A stretch of DNA of 46,309 nt, taken from an uncultured Planctomycetales bacterium. Lineage in GTDB: Bacteria; Omnitrophota; Gorgyraeia; Zapsychrales; Zapsychraceae. Positions 1 through 5,672 of this stretch are shown here, one piece after another. A program made the position numbers and the translations under genes. Each line of letters begins with the position of its first letter. The first letter of the stretch is position 1. The notes beneath the pieces are model-generated. The model was not told where the DNA came from and ran no database searches. It worked only from the letters and a program-made list of their open reading frames with translations. The stretch spans positions 35,911 through 82,219 of the forward strand of contig CAYIMR010000002.1 of assembly GCA_964364455.1 (NCBI GenBank), read 5' to 3'.

Positions 1-1
1 T

Positions 2-2149
2 ATGAATTATCCGTTCCCGCCCTCCAACAGTTCCGGCCAAAATGGCTCTTCGCCGGTCCTGGAAAGCGTTGGCGCGCCTCGGATGACTACCGCGACATTC
101 GAGGAGGCCGATAAATTTTTGCGCGCCGCGCATGACGCGTTGGCCGGGAAAAAGGACTATTGGAGTCAAAAGATAGCTGCCAGCATCCGTGAGGCGTCGT
201 CTCCTGTCAGCGCCAGGAGTGATGATGCTGTGCCAGCCCTTGCCCAACGGGACACGCTTCCTGTCGCCGAGGCCATTGCCATTCAAGGCTACTCGGTTGT
301 CCCTGGCGTTGCCCCCGCCTCCAGCCCGGTGATGATGAAGACGTTCGAACGGATCGTTCAGGCGGTCAGAAGCGTTGATCGGCTGCCGGATGTGACGCGC
401 AGGACGTTCTTGCAATGGCTGGCTGCGGGAGTATTTGCCAGTGTTGTCGGTTGCGGCAAGGAAGATAAGGAGAATCCCGCGCCGCAGCCGCCGGTTTTGG
501 GTCTCATGGACACAGACGCGGGGCTAAACTGGTTGATTAATCGCATTGATCCCGCGACGAATCTGATCGCCAGTTTTGTAGATATTCCCGTTACGGATTC
601 TTCCTATGGCGTGACGTGGATTTTTAACCAAGCGCAGGCGATCGAAGCTTTTCTGGCGGCCGGTGATCTCGCGCGCGCCAGGCAATTGACCAAGCGGCTT
701 ATGGCACTGCAGGAATCCGGCGGGGCGTGGCGTAACGCTTATATCACCGCGACCGGGGCACCGTCGGCCAAAACGATTGAACATTCCCAGCGCTGGACGG
801 GGCCGAACGTGGCGGCCGGCGCCGTCATTCTGGAAGTAGCGGCCCTCACGCCTGAAGATCCATCTTATCTTGAATCCGCTCAACAGCTGGCCGGATGGCT
901 TGATCCTCTCTTTAATGATTTTGGTGATTTCGGATTTCTAAAAGGCGGCGATGAGGTCCCATGGGTCGCAACGGAACACAACATGCGCGCCATGCCTTAC
1001 TATGCGATGTTATTTGCCCAGACGGGGCTGGAAATCAATAACACGCGTTTGACGCAAACCAGCCGGTGGTTAAATGAGCGCATGTTCGCCGGCGATCATT
1101 ATGACGCAGGGCTTCTTTCCGTCAACCTAAACGATATCAACGGCGATTTCAATATAGCCACCGACATCCAGGCGATCGCCCCGATCATGGCCTTCCTCGC
1201 CGGGCTTGATCCTCTCAAATTCGCGGGCGGGCTGGACTGGCTTCTGGAATGGACAACACAAAGAGAGTATAACGGCACGACGTTGACGGGAATTCCGCGC
1301 TGGTTGACCTTGGGTTCATCGGTTTGGGCCGAAGGCACGTCGTATCTGGCCGCCGCGTTGATGCTTGTCGGGCGCGATCAGGAGGCCGTACCGTTTCTTA
1401 ACACGCTCGGGGCCATACAGGTTTCCGGCGGCGGGATTCTGGCGGCCATTGGAGAACCTTCCCAGGGCTGGCCCGGCGACTTCCGTTACTCCGCGGTGGA
1501 AGCGACCGCGCCGGCCATCGTGGCGACATTTGGCCTGCCGGAACATATTGCTGCCAAACCGTTACCCGCCAGCCCCGCCACCGGCGGGGCCAGCAGTCCG
1601 GTAACCGGCGATGATCAGGGGAAGGATGGTCCTTCCGCGTCGCGCAAGTTCGAACGGACGATCGGTCTGGCGCCGGGGGACAAGGCCTCCTCACCGGTCG
1701 TGGAAGGCAGGGGACAGGGTACAGGGTTCAGGGTTCAGGTGGCAGGTTTGAGGGGACAAGATGGAGAGCCCAGGCAATTTATCTGGGCATTGTGGTTCAA
1801 TCCGGATTATTACTGGCTGTGGGAGAAGATGCTGTTGAAACCGCACAAGAAAATCAGATGCTTGATCGTTCTCAACGTGCCGGAAGCCCTGAAGGAAGGG
1901 TCAATGATCAGGGTGCAGGGTACAGGGTACAGGGTACAGAGAAAAATTGCACGAACGACGAACGACGAGATACGAGCGACGAGTTCCCCGGTTGGCGCGG
2001 TGATTGTGGTTTCCTCTTCGCCGGTAGCTGATTGGAGTGACCCGGTCTGGGCGGCTTATCGGCTCAAGAAGGTGGAACAGGAGATGGCAAAAGCGAAAGG
2101 GGGCGATACCGGAGTTGTTTTTCATGTTTCCGGATCAGGTTCGAATTAA
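2..2149 (+). CDS. SSPV-motif protein, open at the 5' window edge; internal Tat/lipobox-like signal followed by an alpha/alpha-toroid-like domain; function unknown
   Basis: The ORF is uninterrupted from the window edge. Seven S-S-P-V motifs are encoded with varying Ser codons, which supports this frame. TRRTFLQWLAAGVFASVVGC (nt 395-454) resembles a Tat signal plus lipobox, so ATG 332 is a possible alternative start. The segment GLNWLI..AQAIEAFLAAGDLARARQL..GGAWRNAY has a helix-pair pattern typical of toroid folds. Heptamer DNA arrays at 1706-1761 and 1907-1983 are read through in frame. Confidence 0.55.
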   Translation: MNYPFPPSNSSGQNGSSPVLESVGAPRMTTATFEEADKFLRAAHDALAGKKDYWSQKIAASIREASSPVSARSDDAVPALAQRDTLPVAEAIAIQGYSVVPGVAPASSPVMMKTFERIVQAVRSVDRLPDVTRRTFLQWLAAGVFASVVGCGKEDKENPAPQPPVLGLMDTDAGLNWLINRIDPATNLIASFVDIPVTDSSYGVTWIFNQAQAIEAFLAAGDLARARQLTKRLMALQESGGAWRNAYITATGAPSAKTIEHSQRWTGPNVAAGAVILEVAALTPEDPSYLESAQQLAGWLDPLFNDFGDFGFLKGGDEVPWVATEHNMRAMPYYAMLFAQTGLEINNTRLTQTSRWLNERMFAGDHYDAGLLSVNLNDINGDFNIATDIQAIAPIMAFLAGLDPLKFAGGLDWLLEWTTQREYNGTTLTGIPRWLTLGSSVWAEGTSYLAAALMLVGRDQEAVPFLNTLGAIQVSGGGILAAIGEPSQGWPGDFRYSAVEATAPAIVATFGLPEHIAAKPLPASPATGGASSPVTGDDQGKDGPSASRKFERTIGLAPGDKASSPVVEGRGQGTGFRVQVAGLRGQDGEPRQFIWALWFNPDYYWLWEKMLLKPHKKIRCLIVLNVPEALKEGSMIRVQGTGYRVQRKIARTTNDEIRATSSPVGAVIVVSSSPVADWSDPVWAAYRLKKVEQEMAKAKGGDTGVVFHVSGSGSN
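1569..1596. repeat. family-C GC-rich hairpin element inside ORF1
   Basis: CCAGCCCCGCCACCGGCGGGGCCAGCAG, 27 of 28 identical to 21386-21413. Confidence 0.85.
1706..1761 (+). repeat. eight tandem degenerate heptamers (NNCAGGG) inside ORF1
   Basis: GGCAGGG GACAGGG TACAGGG TTCAGGG TTCAGGT GGCAGGT TTGAGGG GACAAGA. Confidence 0.85.
1907..1983 (+). repeat. two adjacent heptamer arrays (NNCAGGG x5, then ACGANNN x5) inside ORF1
   Basis: ATCAGGG TGCAGGG TACAGGG TACAGGG TACAGAG, then aaaaattgc, then ACGAACG ACGAACG ACGAGAT ACGAGCG ACGAG. Confidence 0.85.
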
Positions 2150-2239
2150 ATTTACATATCTTATTATGTAACAACAGGTTCCATTAATATAAACATAGTA
2201 TCTGTACTTGTTTTTATATATCAGGGAACAATAGGTGAC

Positions 2240-2656
2240 TTGCGTCCATGGATAGAAGATCCCTTGCATGAGGAATTTGCCGGGAGAATATTCGGGGATT
2301 TATCATCCGGGAAGATTACCGCGGCAGCGGAGTATGTGCAGCAAAACCCGAAACTAATCCAGAAGGGCGGGACAGTATTTTATAATAAGGTAAAGGGATC
2401 ATTGGAATTTGTGGAGAAGCTGGCCATGGGGCGCATGCTGAAAAAAGTTGATTTTGTAAAACAGCCTTTGGCAACATTCAATCACATATTTGCTATAAAC
2501 GCCTTGGAATCGATCAGTGAGCGTCAGATTCCTTTATATGTGAGAGTTGAAGACGGCGAATTTTTTACGGAGTTAGTGGGGGGGGGATATAGTAAATATT
2601 TTACAAAGAGAAGGATATGGGGTAGCGCATGTGGAAAGAAGAGTGCGAATCCATGA
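2240..2656 (+). CDS. hypothetical protein
   Basis: 138-aa ORF with a TTG start, lying after an AT-rich promoter-like spacer. It overlaps the next ORF by 26 nt. No motif was recognised. Confidence 0.4.
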   Translation: MRPWIEDPLHEEFAGRIFGDLSSGKITAAAEYVQQNPKLIQKGGTVFYNKVKGSLEFVEKLAMGRMLKKVDFVKQPLATFNHIFAINALESISERQIPLYVRVEDGEFFTELVGGGYSKYFTKRRIWGSACGKKSANP

Positions 2657-3725
2657 ATTAAAGGGGACCGCGAGTCTCATCCCGACAATTAGGACCGCCT
2701 ACATGCAGGATACAGGAAGAGAATCTTTGGAGAAAAAGCCGCTGACGGCGGTGAGCCTGAAGGGGTGGATGAAAGGCGCGACCCCAAGCGATAAAGCCCT
2801 TCCGGCTTTAATAGCTTTGAATAAAGAGACAAACATGGAAAACTTGCCGGCTGACGCAGTTTTTTTATTGGTGGCGCTTTACAGATATTTTGACCCCGGC
2901 CTCGTCGAGTCAATGCTGGATCGTGAAGGGATGTGGGATTTTGACGTAGCGGATAGAATTTTTGAAAGGTTTAGGGATGTCTTAACGAAACATCCCGAGT
3001 TGATTGATGAAATTAGCGCGAGAGCCGCTTCCTCGCCGGTATCGGAGCCGCTGTTAGAACCTGTTTCCAGCCCGGTGACGCTGGGCAAACAGGTTGAGGC
3101 TTTTATCGGGACATTGAGGCAAGAAGGTATACCGACTGGGCTATTGAAGAGAAAAAGCCTGCCGATAGAGCTTAAGGATGTCGGAGAGGCTTTGCTGAAA
3201 AATATAAAACCCGAGATTACGGGTGAAAAGGCGGACACGTTCCGCAACCAGCTTACAAATAAGAATGTTAACACAGCCCTTCTATCAATTTCCACTTCGG
3301 ATTTATGGAAGATCGTGGACCGGTGGAAATTTATTGCTTCTTTGACGCAATTATTTTCAGAGTATGGCGTATCTTACGTAGAGATCGAAGAAGCTGTCGT
3401 TCGATCCGGGTTGGGAACGGTGGCAGGGACCATCTCCAGCAGCCCGGTTGGGCAAGCGAAGGATGAGAAGGTCGGCGGTATCAATCTTGATCCGGCACTG
3501 CTCGACCTGCAGATCAGGCGCGACGCCAACTTCGTGCCTTTGCCGCTGCCGCAACAACCGATTCAGCAGATGCATATTGAAGGATTTATCCCGGTCATTA
3601 TCAACATTACGCCGGTGACGAACCTGCCGATGCTGTTAGGATTGGCGGATACAGAGCAGGACGCGGATGAAACAGGGCCGGCGATGAAAGCGCGCGAGCC
3701 GGAAGAGATAAGTGTGTTGAATTGA
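2631..3725 (+). CDS. SSPV-motif protein with a distinctive C-terminal module (GGINLDPALLDLQ...PVIINITPVTNLPMLLGL); function unknown
   Basis: 364-aa ORF with three SSPV motifs (AASSPVSE, VSSPVTLG, SSSPVGQA) encoded by different Ser codons. It sits directly downstream of the other SSPV protein. Confidence 0.55.
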   Translation: MERRVRIHELKGTASLIPTIRTAYMQDTGRESLEKKPLTAVSLKGWMKGATPSDKALPALIALNKETNMENLPADAVFLLVALYRYFDPGLVESMLDREGMWDFDVADRIFERFRDVLTKHPELIDEISARAASSPVSEPLLEPVSSPVTLGKQVEAFIGTLRQEGIPTGLLKRKSLPIELKDVGEALLKNIKPEITGEKADTFRNQLTNKNVNTALLSISTSDLWKIVDRWKFIASLTQLFSEYGVSYVEIEEAVVRSGLGTVAGTISSSPVGQAKDEKVGGINLDPALLDLQIRRDANFVPLPLPQQPIQQMHIEGFIPVIINITPVTNLPMLLGLADTEQDADETGPAMKAREPEEISVLN

Positions 3726-3748
3726 AAGTAAGGGGCAAGGATTCCTTA

Positions 3749-5590
3749 TTACTTGACCCTTAGAAATTGTTTGTCGAGGAAGTCTTCCGAAAGTTCTACG
3801 ACCGTCGGGCGTCCGTGCGGGCAAGTAAAAGGATCCAGGCACTGGATCAGTTCATCACGCATGTGCTCGGCCTGTTGGGGTTTCAAAACATCACCAGCCA
3901 TGACCGAGGAGCGGCAGGCGCGCCGGGCGAGCGCGTCGTGATCGCCGCGGCGCAGCGGGCCACCTCCCAGGATGTATCTTGCCGCTTTTTCAATATCCTT
4001 CAAGAACGTCGGATAACTGTGTACCGCGATCGTTTCCTTGTCCCAGAGGTTAGTGTCGAGGCCGATCGTATTGAATTGATCCCGCGCTTTCTCCCAGACG
4101 AGCATTTCCTGGGTGGAGAGTTTGAGCAAAACGGGGCTTAAAAGTCGCTGGACTTCGACATCGCCTTTATTCATCTGCCGGATGAGGCGTTCGTAGGTGA
4201 TCCGCTCGGCCGCGGCGTGTTGGTCGATAACAAGCATCGCGCGCCCCGCCTGGAACAGTTGATATTTGTTCAGTAAGGCCCCAATGTAAATCGCGCCGGA
4301 TAATTTGCTCTGAAGGTTTTCCTGGTGATTTAATTCGGGAACAAAGAAAGCCTGCTGTTCTCTCGTTGCCGTCACCGCAGGGTAAGCATAATCTCCGCCT
4401 TGGGCCGCCTCAAAAATTTCCGTTCCCGGCGCGGAATCGAACGTCACCTCCGACGGGTGCGCGCCCATGAGCGCCCGTTCAACGACATCTTCTCTGGTCC
4501 CTGGCCCCTGGCCTCTGGTCACTGCTTGCGTTTGTCCCGTTCCCAAAAGCGTCTCCTCGCACAGCCGCCGCAGGATCGAACAGATTTTTTGTTCATCCCT
4601 GATCTTGACCTCGCGTTTAGTCGGATGGATATTGACGTCGATCTCCTTCGCCGGGAGATGGAGGGAGACGACAAAAAGTGGATACAGGTCTTTGGGCATG
4701 ATGAGCCGGTATACCTGGTTGAGATGAAAGCTGATCGCTTTATTCTGCACCGGCCGGCCGTTGACGAAGATAAACTGCATGTCCCGGCGGGCGCGTTTGA
4801 TGTTGATATCACCGAGGATCAAATCGACACGTAGGGACAGGCCTAGGCCTGTCCCTACGGCCAAAAGATGTTTTTCATCGACGTGCAGGACGTGCGCCAC
4901 GCGGCTTTTCGCGTCTGAACAAGGCGCGGCATCGACCAGATCCCTGCCTTCATGGGTTAATTGAAACCGCACGTTATGATGAAGCAGGGCATAGGGGATA
5001 AAGGTGTTGAGGATCTGATGGATCTCGGTTGTATCGGATTTGAGGAATTTCCGCCGGGCAGGGGTGTTGAAGAATAGTCCCTTGACCTCGATCTCGGTTC
5101 CGTGCCCGGGCATGGCGCAGGGACGCAGATCGAGCCTTTTACCACCGCGTATATGAATTTGCCACCCCGCCAAAGGCGGGGTGCCCCCGCGCCTGGTTTC
5201 ACCGAAGGTGGAACCAGCGGGGGCTTCTTTACTGCGCAACGTCACATCCGCGATGGCGCCGATGGAATAAAGGGCCTCGCCGCGAAAGCCCAGGGACTGA
5301 ATGTCATAGAGGTCATCGGCTTTTTCAATTTTGCTGGTCGCGTGGCGTGAGAAAATTTTTTCCAGATCGTCGCGTTCGATACCGTGGCCGTTGTCTTTGA
5401 TCTTGATCAGTGTTTTGCCGGCTTCCCGCAGGGAAACTTCGATCGTGTCCGCGCCGCCCGCCTGCCGGCGAGGCAGGGCATCGAGGGCGTTCTCAACGAG
5501 CTCCTTGATGACGGAGGCGGGCCGCTCGATGACCTCGCCCGCGGCGATCTTGCTGATGACTTCTTCTTTCAGGATGTGGACGGTAGACAT
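3749..5590 (-). CDS. mutL: DNA mismatch repair protein MutL (endonuclease type)
   Basis: The N-terminus KIAAGEVIERPASVIKELVENALDA is the GHKL ATPase signature. Other motifs present are FNTPARRKF, DQHAAAERITYE and CPHGRPT. It carries several GC-rich palindromic in-frame segments. Confidence 0.95.
   Translation of the reverse strand: MSTVHILKEEVISKIAAGEVIERPASVIKELVENALDALPRRQAGGADTIEVSLREAGKTLIKIKDNGHGIERDDLEKIFSRHATSKIEKADDLYDIQSLGFRGEALYSIGAIADVTLRSKEAPAGSTFGETRRGGTPPLAGWQIHIRGGKRLDLRPCAMPGHGTEIEVKGLFFNTPARRKFLKSDTTEIHQILNTFIPYALLHHNVRFQLTHEGRDLVDAAPCSDAKSRVAHVLHVDEKHLLAVGTGLGLSLRVDLILGDINIKRARRDMQFIFVNGRPVQNKAISFHLNQVYRLIMPKDLYPLFVVSLHLPAKEIDVNIHPTKREVKIRDEQKICSILRRLCEETLLGTGQTQAVTRGQGPGTREDVVERALMGAHPSEVTFDSAPGTEIFEAAQGGDYAYPAVTATREQQAFFVPELNHQENLQSKLSGAIYIGALLNKYQLFQAGRAMLVIDQHAAAERITYERLIRQMNKGDVEVQRLLSPVLLKLSTQEMLVWEKARDQFNTIGLDTNLWDKETIAVHSYPTFLKDIEKAARYILGGGPLRRGDHDALARRACRSSVMAGDVLKPQQAEHMRDELIQCLDPFTCPHGRPTVVELSEDFLDKQFLRVK
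4831..4860. repeat. family-A GC-rich palindrome in frame inside mutL
   Basis: GTAGGGACAGGCCTAGGCCTGTCCCTAC is a perfect 28-nt palindrome. The 28 nt at 4833-4860 are identical to 10004-10031. It is translated as VGTGLGLSLR. Confidence 0.9.
5163..5224. repeat. two adjacent GC-rich hairpins in frame inside mutL
   Basis: CACCCCGCC-AAA-GGCGGGGTG (5163-5183), then the imperfect GCCCCCGCGCCTGGTTTCACC-GAA-GGTGGAACCAGCGGGGGC (5183-5224). Together they encode ..APAGSTFGETRRGGTPPLAGW... Confidence 0.7.
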
Positions 5591-5600
5591 TATTTTGTCA

Positions 5601-5672
5601 GGAAGATGGAAAATAGAAGATTGAAAATCGATTGTCGATTAACATCCATCTTCCATTCTCTATCTTCTATCC
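5601..5672. repeat. heptamer-word inverted array (GAAGATG/GAAAATA words) between mutL and mutS
   Basis: Central AATCGA-ttg-TCGATT. GAAGAT blocks at 5602-5607 and 5616-5621 pair with ATCTTC at 5662-5667 and 5648-5653. The right arm runs into the last mutS codons. Confidence 0.7.
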
